From Amoebidium appalachense (taxonomy: Eukaryota > Protista > Ichthyosporea), in NCBI GenBank assembly GCA_963693365.1, contig CAVNZM010000006.1, positions 8,621,355-8,685,354 on the forward strand: a DNA stretch of 64,000 bases, given 5' to 3'. Shown here one piece after another: positions 27,643 to 43,200 of the stretch. Position 1 is the stretch's first letter; each line of letters opens with the position of its first letter. The position numbers were made by a program, and so were the translations under genes. Under the pieces are notes generated by a model. The model saw only the letters and a program-made list of their open reading frames with translations, was not told where the DNA came from and ran no database searches.

Positions 27643-29156
27643 ACGACCTTGTGGATATCGGTGTTTTTTTTGTTTTTTTTTGGGCTTTTTTGTTTGTTTT
27701 TTGCTGCCAACATGCCATTATCGTTTGAACTGGAATGAAGGACTTAATGCCTGCTCGTATTTAAATACACCATGAATGCCACGGTGCTGGTTGCATGCTG
27801 TCTGGGTTTATTTCATGTAGGTGTATAAGTATAAGATCAAGATTGAAAATTGTGCCTAGAAGATATTTACGAATATAACATGAATTGGATGCTGTGTATG
27901 GTTCTTTGTGACGTAGTGACAACTAAAACATACAAAATATATATGCTGTCCGCCGGCGGGGGGCCCGGGGTTTTATTCTATGTGAGCGGTACTTAGTCTA
28001 TGTAAACCCACTTTAACATTGTGATGTAAGAATGATTAAGAATACAAGATGATTACGACTAAATCATAATGGTGTATTATGGCTTCTGTAAGGTAAAGGC
28101 AATGCCATTGGCATGATAAATACATACAAACCACTCATTTGCAACGAGTTGGTAAAATCCTGCTATCATTGGCCATGATTTCTTTTCGACCAACACACAA
28201 AGCAACAAGCTCAGGACACTATAATGATTATACCACAACCCCCCCCCCCCCCCCCCCCCCCCGGTCCCCCCGAATACATCATTTGCACCAAGATGAAAAA
28301 AAACTGGTAACAGTAGACATGATCTTTTTCCGGCCAAAACATGTCATAAGCTAAGGTCACGACAATGATTGTTTATAATCCCCCCCCCCCCCCCCCCCCC
28401 CCCGCCCGCCGCGCACACACTGTGTTTCTCCCACCACGTCATACAAACCCTCTGACCCCCCTGTCACCCAGGGTAGTAGGGGGGGGGGGGGGGTGCATTT
28501 TGGCCTGCCCGATATTCCCCCTAGACCAGTCAAATTTGACGACCTGGATTTTAATTAGAGATGACGACACTTTGGCCTGGACGACACTTTGGCCTGCAAC
28601 AGGGGGGGGGTTGTGGTATAATCATTAAAGTGTCCTGAGCTTGTAGCTTTGTGTGTTGGTCGAAAAGAAATCATGGCCACTGACAGCAGGATTTTACCAA
28701 CTCGTTGCAAATGGTGTAGTATCATGTGGTTTGTATGTATTTATCGCCATTGCATTTACACGTTACAGAATCCATAATACACCATTATAATATAGTCGTA
28801 ATCATCTTGTATTCTTAATCATTCTTACGTCACAATGTTAAATTGGGTTCACATAGACTAAGTACCGCTCACATGGAATAAAACCCCGCCGCCGGCGGTC
28901 AGCATATATATTTTGCATGTTTTAGTTGTCACTACGTTGAAGGACCATACACAGCAGCATGATTCAATGTGATATTCGTAAATATCTTCTATGCATAATT
29001 TTCAATCTTGACCTCATACTTATACACCTACGTGAAATAAATCCAGACAGCATGCAACCAGCACACTCATTGTATATTTAAATACGAGCAGGCATTATGT
29101 CCTTCATTCCAGTTCAAACGATAATGGCATGTTGGCAGCCAAAAAAAACAAAAAAG

Positions 29157-29203
<47 letters not shown>

Positions 29204-29230
29204 AAAAAACTCCGATATCCACAAGGTCGT

Positions 29231-31288
29231 CTACACTACATCCACAGTTGACTTAGCATACGTCAGTTTGCGGGAGCCCACGCCTAACAGTGGTTCCTGC
29301 GCGGGCACATACACCATGAAGTTGAGATGCACATCCTTGATGCGTGCCCAATTCAACTTAACATATAATGGGCACCAGCCTTCGCACTCGCCACCTTCCC
29401 GAGACATTTGGACAGAGACGTTGGTAGGTCCCGTGTTGCTCTCCCATAGCTCAGTGTCTGGTTTTTCCGTGGTCATACCGAAACCGTCGCAGTGGAGATG
29501 ATATGGTCTCCCGTTTTTCCATGTGAATGCGGGTGCCACACCGAAAAAGTGACCTGGTTTGTGAAGACCAATGTAGGCAAGATGGTATTGGCGCCCCATA
29601 AAGTTTACGCAATTCATGACATGAACAGGCGGCACGGATTGCACTGACATGTGGACGAAGAGAATTCTAGGAAGTATTAAAACGTTGCCCCGCACCGTAC
29701 CCTTGGAATTGCACGTTGTGCAAACCGAGGTTGGGCTTTGAAATTCCCTGCCATATTCAGTGCAGTCGCCATCGAAGAAGTGGGTACCCGCTATGTTTTC
29801 TATGGGATTGACAATGTAAGTCTCCTTGTGGTCCATCCTTTCACGGCGACGTCGGGTGCGAAGCTCGGCATCGATGGAACACAACACACGCGTACACACG
29901 CCAGTGCATTTAACGCATGTAGCGGTTATGATTGTCACGTGAGGGGGTACCACGTTGTCTCGGAATAGCGGACGACTAGACCCATCCAGCGGGACACCCG
30001 TGAGGTAATCCGAACCGCTAATGTCACATTGAAGCGCGTCAAACAACTTGTCCGTTGAACTTATGTCCCCAATCATGTATCGTGTTACCTTCCACACCCG
30101 TGCCAGTCGATGAGCGATGGCCCGGATATTTGCTGTATGCTTCTCGCGGTGCTTTAAGGCAGCAATCATCCGGTCCCAAACGTCCAGTCCGGTTGGCTTA
30201 AGATGTAAAGGTGGCACGTTGGATTTTATCAGCCCACAGTTTAATCCGTCCAATACGGTGATGATGAAACAGAAATTCATTTCCCATGAAAATCTTGGAC
30301 GGAAACTAAAGGTGGCGTTGCTGTTGAATGAGAAAGCATCCATCCGATTCGGCACGGGGGTGACGTCATAAACTGGGTCTGCACTGTTGCAGTAGTGTGT
30401 AAACACAGACTCACTGACATTCCCGGGCCATTTTGACCGGAGAGAGACGGGGACGGGCACAGTGGGGCAAGGGTTGCAATCATTAGTTGATGGGACCGGC
30501 GACACTGGTGGGTCCACTTCGGGTGTATACAACGTTAAGTCAGTTACCTCGGGCTCCAGTGTCACCTTGGCACGCTTACGGGGCGGTTGTGCCATTGCCG
30601 AAGAAGGTGGTACTTCAAGTTGTGACGGGGCGCCGTCACCTGCACTGGTAAAACCCGACGACGAAATTGACGAAGCTGGATCCGACGACCCTGTGTTGTG
30701 TTCTGGCTCAGAGCGCACTGGTGTACCTGCCGGATGCGACAATGTCGGTTTTGATGGACGCACGGGCTTACGTTGATTGGATGTCACAGTGGTAAACATG
30801 GTGGCAACTGGAACACTGCCATTTGCAAAGTCCGTGTCGTCCAACCCGCCATTGGCATCCAGTGTACGAAGGACCGTTTCCATTTTGGCATCCGTGTAGC
30901 TACTGAAATCTTTCAGACCACGTAATGCTAATGGAATGTCGTTGCCATCCACATCTTGTTCATCGCAAGTGGGTGCCCCTGTGTTGGGGGGCATAACTTC
31001 ACCAGGATCCTCCCAAGTACATTGGGAAAAGGGAAATCCACGCCATTTAACTAAAACCTGGTCGTACAAGTCCCCTTTGTCATCTACAATGGTTCTGCGA
31101 CCGAACACGCAATCAACAACATATGTCGGGTCGCCGATTGTATGGACGAGGTACCGCTCCATGTCGTCGGGTCTGAAGCTGGATGGAACCGGCTTGATGT
31201 CTCTGCATAAAATCCCATCAGTGAAATATGCTGTTGACAGTATGTACCAATATACTATACGGCAAAGCAAAAAAGATGATCCTGCCAT
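29231..31288 (-). CDS. Chromodomain plus USP/PLpro-like papain-fold cysteine protease (C-terminal part of a putative transposon protein)
   Basis: Uninterrupted 685-codon ORF. Chromodomain YVVDCVFGRR...VLVKWRGFP..CTWE; Cys box FSWEMNFCF; zinc pairs CVKC and CTTC; His/Asp region YIGLHKPGHFF...LHCDG. Likely intron 31203-31328 and upstream exon remnant 31329-31388. Confidence 0.75.
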   Translation of the reverse strand: MAGSSFLLCRIVYWYILSTAYFTDGILCRDIKPVPSSFRPDDMERYLVHTIGDPTYVVDCVFGRRTIVDDKGDLYDQVLVKWRGFPFSQCTWEDPGEVMPPNTGAPTCDEQDVDGNDIPLALRGLKDFSSYTDAKMETVLRTLDANGGLDDTDFANGSVPVATMFTTVTSNQRKPVRPSKPTLSHPAGTPVRSEPEHNTGSSDPASSISSSGFTSAGDGAPSQLEVPPSSAMAQPPRKRAKVTLEPEVTDLTLYTPEVDPPVSPVPSTNDCNPCPTVPVPVSLRSKWPGNVSESVFTHYCNSADPVYDVTPVPNRMDAFSFNSNATFSFRPRFSWEMNFCFIITVLDGLNCGLIKSNVPPLHLKPTGLDVWDRMIAALKHREKHTANIRAIAHRLARVWKVTRYMIGDISSTDKLFDALQCDISGSDYLTGVPLDGSSRPLFRDNVVPPHVTIITATCVKCTGVCTRVLCSIDAELRTRRRRERMDHKETYIVNPIENIAGTHFFDGDCTEYGREFQSPTSVCTTCNSKGTVRGNVLILPRILFVHMSVQSVPPVHVMNCVNFMGRQYHLAYIGLHKPGHFFGVAPAFTWKNGRPYHLHCDGFGMTTEKPDTELWESNTGPTNVSVQMSREGGECEGWCPLYVKLNWARIKDVHLNFMVYVPAQEPLLGVGSRKLTYAKSTVDVV

Positions 31289-31388
31289 AATAACAGACGC
31301 ACATTCAAGGCCAGGCCTGAAACATTACCTGATGTGGAAGACCGTCGTGGATCCAGCAACGATGGTGGAACCCGGATGTTTGGCCTTT

Positions 31389-31559
31389 GACGTAGTTGTC
31401 AGCAAGTACAACATCCACGAGTCGGACACCTTTAGTGCCGGTCATCATGCCGAGAAAAATGATTTCCCATTGAAAATAGGTGGTTTTGCTATCGGGACCA
31501 GTCTTCCCTTCACCTTTCCACATGGTTATTTTGTTTACACCAGTTTTGTTTGGATCCAT
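31389..31559 (-). pseudogene. N-terminus of copia copy 2 gag
   Basis: MDPNKTGVNK...LADNYV, identical to the copy 1 gag start. Confidence 0.92.
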
Positions 31560-31621
31560 GATTGAAAAACGATCGCTAGTTCTAGATGTGTGTAGGGAGC
31601 GTGAAAAAGGGCTGCATAACC

Positions 31622-33160
31622 TGTTAAATTGTATAAGTATTTGGGATGAAAGCAGAGACATAGTGGTGCAGTGTAAAAACACCACAGACACACACAACAA
31701 CAAAACACGGAACGATCGGAGCAGTGTACACAACAGACATCAATGTTTAGACACGACTGAACTGAATTTATTCTGATCTTCGAATAAATACCTGAAATTC
31801 CTCTAAGTCCAATCCATACATGATTTCCGACCAGTCGGAAATCAGATCTATCTCTAATAGAACCCAATCACTAAGAACCAATTGCTTTCAGAGAGATCCG
31901 GTACGCGGAGACGTACACGATAGGACACAGACACTAGTTAAGATCAACTGTGGTATATTATACCGGATATCTAGTATGGATGTACACAGGTTGAGATATA
32001 CGCACACGTGTACATGTATATATACCACTGTGTTTGATCTTAGGTAGGCCAGTATGCATGTCCCTCCCAGTCTTGTGCGCATGAGCATGGAGTTAAACGT
32101 ATGTGCACGTGCAACTTGCAGGATTATTCATGGGAAAACAGATATAATAGCCACATGGGACCGACACGTAGCAGAGGAACCATGAGCGTTAAGTTATAGT
32201 TTTATCATGGGAAAATATGCAAGTAGCCGCGTGAGGTATGACTGTGGAATGCATCGATAATCAAGTACTGTCACCCGATTGGCTCAATAGGTTTATTGGA
32301 ACCGTGATAGCCATGGGACAGAACCGTGAACCGTATGTGATTGGCTCTCGTAGCCAAAAAGCACATACCGATGCGCATGTCTGAGCCGCTGTGCGAGCTC
32401 CGTTATAAGGGCATGTCGGGGGCTTCAGAGCTTACTTAGTGTGCTCGGCTTACTAGGTGTAAGTAGGACTAGCACGTAACTAAGCAAAGCGTGGTCTAGT
32501 CAACCCCGTTCATTTATAAACATATTGTTTGTCACAGACACACGATCATATTATACAACATCAACTCGTGTCATCATCAAGGAAGTTCTAACCTATGACA
32601 TACTGCAAAGACTCAGACATATCACACTTAACCTTGATGATTGGTTAAAGCCCGGCAACACATGAAAACTAAAGTAAATTAATGAAGTCTAAACACACAT
32701 GCTATTCTAAGTGTAGCCTAAGTGTGTTACCGTCCAATGAACACGTATTAAGTAACACAAATCTACCTAACATATATTAGTAGAAAAGAAATACGATTAT
32801 ACACATGAAGACAAGGAGAGAAAGAAAAGAAAATAAGGAAGGCGAAAGAGGAAGGAAAAGAGAGCACAGATCAACAAACAAGATAGTAATAGCATAACTA
32901 TAACCAGAGATATTTATGTACACACGAACATGTACACGTCTCTCCCTGAGTGGGTGGATCCGTGTACACACATATAAATATTCTAATCGATATTACAACA
33001 CACGATTAAAGCCGATACAACACGATTACAAGTATACAAGCATATCGATCGATGCTACACTTTACATAATAGGAGTGTGGCATATCCACTAAGCATATGA
33101 ACTGAAACATAACACAAACTGAGAAGATCTTACCATATGTAAATACTACGTATTACAACA
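31622..33160 (-). repeat. 5' LTR of copia copy 2, interrupted by solo LTR C
   Basis: LTR A sequence at 31622-31948 and 32566-33160; PBS at 31608-31621. Confidence 0.95.
31949..32560. mobile_element. Solo LTR, family C
   Basis: TGTGGTATA...TATACAACA, 612 bp, TSD TCAAC (31944-31948, 32561-32565). Confidence 0.88.
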
Positions 33161-33189
33161 CCCACACACACACACACCCACACACGCAC

Positions 33190-33279
33190 TGTTGGAATAC
33201 GTCACCATGTATGACAGCAAGAGCCTTGAAGTATGTATGTGTCCTAGCTTGTTTGTATTCGTGTCTGCTTTCCTCCTTT

Positions 33280-33362
<83 letters not shown>

Positions 33363-34115
33363 CCCCCCCCCCCCCCCCCCCCCCCGTATCTCTCTCTCCC
33401 TTGTTTCTGTGGGCACAGATATCTGTAGATCTGTGCACACCTGGCTCTCTTGCCTGATAAGAACTTATTGTGCTTTTATTTCTGTTTGCTCTCCTCTGTT
33501 TATCTGAGAGGTAGCGTGATTGGCTAGCCTCACTCGTTGTCTTTCCTTTATTTCAAAATGGCCTAGTTTTGTTCTCAAAAGGATGGCTCGCCAATAGTCG
33601 CGAGCGAGTACATCTGTAGATCGTGTTGTGCATTCCTGTCTGTTAATATATGTGTGTTGTGATTGGACAATAGATATATATGGAATTCGGTTTATTGCAA
33701 AGTGTCTTCACTTTGAGAGTGTCGACTATTGGGAAATATATGTATTTAAATAAGTTTCTTTATAGAGACGAACATAAATATATATGTGAGTTAATAGTGA
33801 CTAGATGTATAATTACTTAATTTATTTAAGTAAGAGTTTCTACACTTTAGTTTAATCGGAAGTTGGAATGCGTATGCTCTGTCGGAATGTGTTTTTCTAT
33901 CTTCTGATAGAACCGATTGGTTCTCCCTCTTTAGTTGTGATAAGGTGATAAGTCGCAAGTACAAAAGGAACCGAAAGCACAATAAAGAATCAGTTGTTGT
34001 TTGAAATCTTTCAATGTCTCGTGAACAACTCCGATTGCCCTCTCATTAATGTGTTAGTCGTGTTTTACATGACACCTCTGTGCACTCTGCTCTCTTAGAC
34101 CCGTACAAAACAACA
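33190..34115. mobile_element. Solo LTR, family B (second copy)
   Basis: Near-identical to 15684-16621; TSD CGCAC (33185-33189, 34116-34120). Confidence 0.92.
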
Positions 34116-37010
<2,895 letters not shown>

Positions 37011-37350
37011 ACATGCCCTACGTATACTTGGTGATACGATCCCGGCGGCGCTGCCGCCGCGGCCGCGGCCATTTTGAAAAATTTGGGTGCGCCAGATCGA
37101 TCCTCGACTGAATGATGGTGCGACGCGAGCCAATCCAATCATCCGCTTTCACATGTGGGCACCCACCGCCCTTGAGTGTGGGCCACCAAAAGTACTAGTT
37201 TTTTGTTATCAGAAAAAGTTACCAAAACAGGACTATAGAGCATAAAAAAGCCCATGGAGGCCTCAATCCGACACGCATTCAAGCCTTTTTAAGGGCGCAG
37301 AGTGGGGTATATAGTATGTGAGTTTCCGAGGGGCGCCCCTTTGAAAGTGT

Positions 37351-37372
37351 GGGCCCCCACCGGTGGGGGCCC
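37351..37372. repeat. Subterminal 22-bp palindrome at the right piggyBac-like end
   Basis: GGGCCCCCACCGGTGGGGGCCC; 37347-37375 is an inverted copy of 9166-9194 with one mismatch. Confidence 0.9.
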
Positions 37373-38561
37373 GCATTTTTACAGTGGGGTTAGCAATGAC
37401 GTATGGCCCACCTCATCGGGCATGGAATCATTTCCTAGCGGACCTCCAGAAGATTTTCGAGATCCGACGATCTAGAATGTACCTTACGGATCGCCGACCC
37501 GCTGCTCAGGGTGTGAAATTTGCGTACTTGGTGGCGCCGGCTGTGAAACATTTTCATCGACACATGTGCACGGCGTATTGCTTATACAGTTGTTTATAAA
37601 GCTCATTGATAATATTCATAACAGGCCCTGCCATTTTCTTAGAAATTATTCCAGCAGGCTCGCCCATCATGCGCTGAAAGCGCCTGAACTCAGTTGAGTC
37701 GTTCTGTACACTTAGGCACGTGCGTGTTCGAATCTGATTTATTCCGGGTGCCAGAGCACAGCGATGCGTTGCTCATCGGTTGGGCGTTTTATTCAGGTGT
37801 ATACGTAATAGTAATAGATCATTAGGGTTAAATTTTCTTTTTTTATCTTGTTTGAAGTTGTTCCGGCATATGTGAACGCTAAGTGAAATCATGCATGCAA
37901 TGTGCAAATTATTGAAGATACGTTTTCTATCAGATCTGCCACTGTGGCATGCACAGCCATTTTTCTTTTCACAGTGCCACGCAAGCGATCGTCCGACGCG
38001 CCATAATTTTCAATTGACACGACGTGTACGTCAGTGTGATTCGAATTCATGTGTGATACCAATACATAACCGAGAGAGCCCCCTTTATTATATTTTAACT
38101 CATTGAAAGGCCTGCAGAGGGTGCCTATTGCAAAATGTTTTCCTTATCACCTCCAGACGGTCGAGGTGACTGGTGGCCACGTGTGCAACGCCACGCCCGC
38201 GCGTAAAAGCAGCACTGTGCTGCAGTCAGTACAGTGTGCACTCTGTGTGTCCGCCTGTGTGTATTGTAGTGTTGACTTGGTCTGTGAACAGCGCCACGGG
38301 GCCGTGACAGCGCCAGCTTAGGAATGTCCCAGGCACCAATCAGAAGCAACTGGTGCGAGCGAGGCCAATAAAAATGAAACCTCATAGATCCGGATTCCAT
38401 AGCGTTACGATTAGCCAATCTAAAGAGAGATCTCCTAGATCTCAGCAAGCCCGACCATAACCCCGTTTTTACGGTAAAAAATACCCAGGACATTTTGAAA
38501 ATACCAACAAAATTTCGGTTCATGGTAAGCCTCCCGAGGTTTCATGGTAAGACATGGTAAG

Positions 38562-38609
<48 letters not shown>

Positions 38610-38746
38610 CCCCGCCGGCCCGCCCCGCCCGCCCGCCCGGCCCCCATGCATATGGCTGCGTATTATAACACAACACATGTGGTAAACCATGATATCATAC
38701 GTATACAGGCATCACATGATACGGATATTCCAAAGTAGTGGCGCCA

Positions 38747-38867
38747 CGTGTGTGTGTGTGTGCCACGGTGTGTGTGTGTGTGTGCTATGTGTGCGTCCGT
38801 GTATGTGTGTGCGTGCCTGTATACATGTGTGTGTGTGTGTGTGTGTGCGTGCGTGTGTTTGTGTGTG

Positions 38868-38917
<50 letters not shown>

Positions 38918-39221
38918 GTGCGTGTGTGTGTGTGTGTGTGTGCGTGCGTGCACGTGTGTTCGTGTGTGTATGTGTGTGTGCGTACTGTGTGTACATGTGT
39001 GTGTGTGTGTGTGTGCGTGTGTCTGTGTGACAAGTGTGTGTGTGTGTGTGTACATGTGTGTGCGTGTGTGTGTGCGTGTGTGTGTGTACATGTGTGTGTT
39101 TGTGTGTTTTTGTACATGTGTGTGCATGCGCGCGCGCGTGTGTGTGCGCATGTGTACTTGTGTGTGTGTGTGTGTGTGTGCCCGTACGCGTGCGTGCGCA
39201 CGTGCGTGTGTGCCTGTGTGC
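38747..39221. repeat. (GT)n degenerate microsatellite
   Basis: Direct reading. Confidence 0.9.
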
Positions 39222-40249
39222 GGTGCCGTTTGATCTGCTCCCCCCTCCTCCTCCCACCTTTCGCCTCCGTCTATCCCAGCTTAAGTCACAGTGGGGTAGA
39301 GTTGATGTATGTGTATGCTATGCTACGAAACACCCTATATATATGCGCCTGTCGTATCCTAATGTATGTGTACTAGAGACGCGGCACTCTACTAAGTGTA
39401 CACACACGAAAAGGAACGAACGTGTACAGAAAAACGGTAAAGTTTATTAAGACCAGGCTCCGACGGGCAAACTTAGATCCGTACGGATTGAGTCTAAGTT
39501 ACGACTGAGGCCATCAAGGCCGTGCCCTACAAGATCATCATCACCTGGCCCCCTACGATGCCACATTCCATTAACATTCCGATCTACTTTTATCGTGCGC
39601 CTGCACGAGCTAAGTCGATCTACTCAACTAATATATTTATCCAAGTCTCACCCCTCACCCTCCCCCTAGTGGCACCGCAGAGTCTAAATCTACATTTCAT
39701 ACTATCCTCCCCCTCCCTCCCTCCCCCCCTTTCCTCTACATCTACATATATAAATACGTTTGGCAACATATACTATCAAACCTTGCCAATCCTTACAAAA
39801 GGGCTTCTGCCCGAACAATCACATTCCTAAGTCCTCCTACGATCTATCCTACACACTAATTAGAATTCTATTGGACGGCTGTCCAGGCTGACGTGGTCCA
39901 ATGCCCTGCGCCGGCAGAGGCAAGATGCACGCAGCTGTTCAGCTATCTTGAGGCCCCGGACTTGATCTTGATGATCTGTGGACCCGGCCCCCCCCCCCCC
40001 CCCCCCCCCCCCCCGATCTCGATCGTAGACTTAGGCTGATCTGCTGAGACGGATTAGTATATGTCAACTCCCCCCCCGGCCCCCGGAAAAGCTGAGTCCC
40101 ACCTCAGTCACATTACATCTAACACCCCCTAAAAAGACATAGACTAATCAGTCTCCTAAAAAAAATTAAATTAAATAAATTACGAAGAAAAATAATAAAT
40201 TAATCTACACCATAAGCTTGATACCTACGGAGACACCTATGATAATAAA

Positions 40250-43200
40250 TTAAATTCCTACGACTACGTTCACACTCCCCCTCGGTCTCCTCCCCCCTCC
40301 CCCTCCCCCCGTGTGTCTACGTGTATTTGCATCACTCCCCCCCCCGGCCCCCTCCCCCACCGACTTTTTCACACCACGATTAAACTGAGGAATAACTCTC
40401 TTTGGCCTAGAGGGAGCACTAGGCAACTCCCTCTGCACTAATCTAGCCTCATAAGCACGAATAGAAAACGGGCAATCCAAATGAAACTCAGGCAACCACT
40501 GATCTTCCTGATAACCTCCCTCAAAACGAATTAAATAATAATTTACCTTACCTTCCTTACCTTCAATAACCTTTTTATCCATAATTTTATCTACTGCAGC
40601 CTCCGATACATCCACCGACCCGTCATAGTCGGGAATGAATGCATCTAACACTCGACGGCCCTCCGGCCGTTTAACCCTAAGGGCCCTATCATAATATTCC
40701 TTTATATCATCTACATTATAAAATCTAACATCACTCTCATTATCTAACCTCTGCACCTTATATTCCGTCGGACCTAACCTAGCCACTATTTTATACGGGC
40801 CAATGAAAAGAGGCAACCATTTCTTACCATACTTACGAAGACCTTCACCTTCACCCTTACCTTCCTGCTCCTGCTTATATCTCTTTTTCCTAGTATGATC
40901 CCTAATTAAAACTAAAGTACCCTCGGAAATTCACGTAACGGACGTGTGGACACGTCTGCACGTGTCTGTGCCTGCTGTGTACGGGCCAGAGCTGCATCAC
41001 GTGCAGCCCGGGCCCGGGTTAGTAGCTGCTCCCGGAACTCAGTCCAGTGGGGATAAGTTAGTCGGTCAGCCCCCCCCATCGGCAAAAGTGCCGTATCTAA
41101 CAAACTAATAGCCTCCTGCCCATAGACCAAATAAAACGGAGAAAAACCAGTCACAGCATGAGGGGTAGAATTATATGAATGAGCAATAAACCGAGACATA
41201 TGATCCCAATCATTAGCCTCCACATCAACCATTTTGCCAAAGGACTTCTGAAACACTGCATGCACACGTTCAGAGATGGCATTTGCTTGAGGGTGATATG
41301 CAGACGTAGTGATATGAGCTACCCTTAAAATTTTACACACCTCCGACACCAACTGATTTAAAAACACACGACTCCTATCCGTTAACAAAACACGAGGACA
41401 ACCAAACCTAAGACAAATGTCATCCACAAAAATACGAGCAAACAAAACGGCATTAGCAGTGGGGAGAGGAAAAACTTCAACCCAACGAGTGGCCACATCG
41501 GTGACGGTAACAAGAACAGTGTTACCCTCAACCGTAGAATTAAAAGGACCGACCACATCCACTGCTACCCTTTCAAACATACGAACATTAAAATCCCTAA
41601 TAAACGACGGGCGGGAACGAGAGTGGGGACTCTCATTCCTTTCCTGACAATGCATGCATGACAACACATAATCCCTCACCTCCCTACTCATACCCGGCCA
41701 AAAATACGAACGATTAACACGAAGCAACGTCCTATTTACACCTAAATGACCAGCCATGGGATGCTCATGCACCATATGCAAAACCTCAGGCACAAGTGCC
41801 GTCGGGACCCAAACTCGGTGTCCGTCTGGCCCAGAACAATGATAAACTAAATCCTGCTCTACCTGACACATTTTTGCTAACTTAGCTACCTTAATCATCT
41901 GCCTTTTATTTTTAAATTTAATCGAATCAACCGGCCCCTTTAAATAATTCTTAACCAGACCAATCAACACATCTTCCTCCTGAGCTAAGATCAAAGCCGT
42001 AGGTGCTAAGGCAGGGGCCGAGCCATGAGACTCGGTCCCGACCTCAGACACTGACAAATACCTCCCCCCCCCTCTCCTACACTTATAAGCAAGCAACCCC
42101 GGAACCCAAGAAGACACATCCACAGACACAGCATCTATTCCTTTAGGCTCACTCTCCCCCCCCCCTTCCCCCCCTCCCCCCCCGTCTCTCACTATCCCCC
42201 CCCTCCCCCTCCTTCTCTTCTTCAAACAAAATATAAGCAGCACGAGAGAGAGCATCACAGTCAACCATTGTTTCACCCTTGGCATAAAACAATTTATAGG
42301 AGAACTCACCGAGAGCCGCGGCCCACTTCTGCATCCTCTCGTTGACCAGACGAGTGGTGCCGGCCATGGCTAGGCAGGGCTTGTGGTCGGTGTAGACCTC
42401 AAACGTCCTGCCTGCGAGTATGTACCTCCATGCCTGTGAGACTGCCCAAAAGATAGCATGGGACTCTCTCTCTGGGTTGCTATATCTACGTTCACTTTTA
42501 CTAAATGAACGACTAGCATAAGCAATCACTCTATCCTGCCCCTCCTGCACTTGATATAACACGGCCCCCTCAGCAACCTTACTTGCATCACACCGAACTT
42601 TAAACATCCCCCCCCCCGGCCGAAAAATCAGGATGAACAAGCATACTCGAAGACTGCAAAGCTAACTTAAGCTTTTCGAAAGCAGAAACAGCATCAACAT
42701 TCCAATCTATTCTATTCTTCTTCTCCCCCCCCGTCTGACTAGTTAACGGCAAAGCAAGCATACTATAATCCTTAATATAACGACGAAGATAATTAGTTAA
42801 ACCTAAAAATTGCCTTAGTTGAGTGACAGTCTGAGGACGGGGCCACTCAACTATGGCCCGGATTTTCTCCGGATCAGGGGAAAGACCATTACTAGACACA
42901 ATATGACCTAAAAACTTAACCTCCGGCACACCAATCACAGTCTTGCTACCGCTAATGCGAAGACCAGACTCACCCAAAGCTAAAAATACTTTTTCACAAT
43001 TATTAACTAGCTCCTCAAATGACCTACCTTTAATTAAAACATCATCCAAATAAGGGTGGCATACATCCAAATGCGGGTGGAGAATTTTATACATTACCCG
43101 GCACAACATAGCTGGAGAGGAGAGCAAACCCATCGGCACCACCTTGTACTGGAACAGCTGGTCACCCAGTGCAAAGGCAGTCTTCTCCTTGCTGCTCTCC

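Larger units (their letters stand above)
18127..28601 (+). mobile_element. Ginger-like long-TIR DNA transposon, inner copy (both TIRs, internally rearranged)
   Basis: About 200-bp near-identical TIRs (18127-~18330, ~28410-28601), TGTTGCA...TGCAACA, each with two tandem CAGGCCAAAGTGTCGTC; flanked on both sides by poly-G. Confidence 0.85.
17765..31388 (-). mobile_element. Ginger-like long-TIR DNA transposon, outer copy (one end lost)
   Basis: Terminus TGTTGCAGGCC at 17765 within a G-run of copia gag. Its own sequence is 17765-18126 plus 28602-31388, colinear with the reverse complement of the inner copy; copia gag resumes at 31389. Confidence 0.75.

Noticed and set aside
28237-28612. TGTGGTATA as a separate element terminus shared with solo LTR C
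   Set aside because: Reconstruction shows it is internal sequence following the poly-G of the TIR element; similarity to LTR C is only 9 bp.
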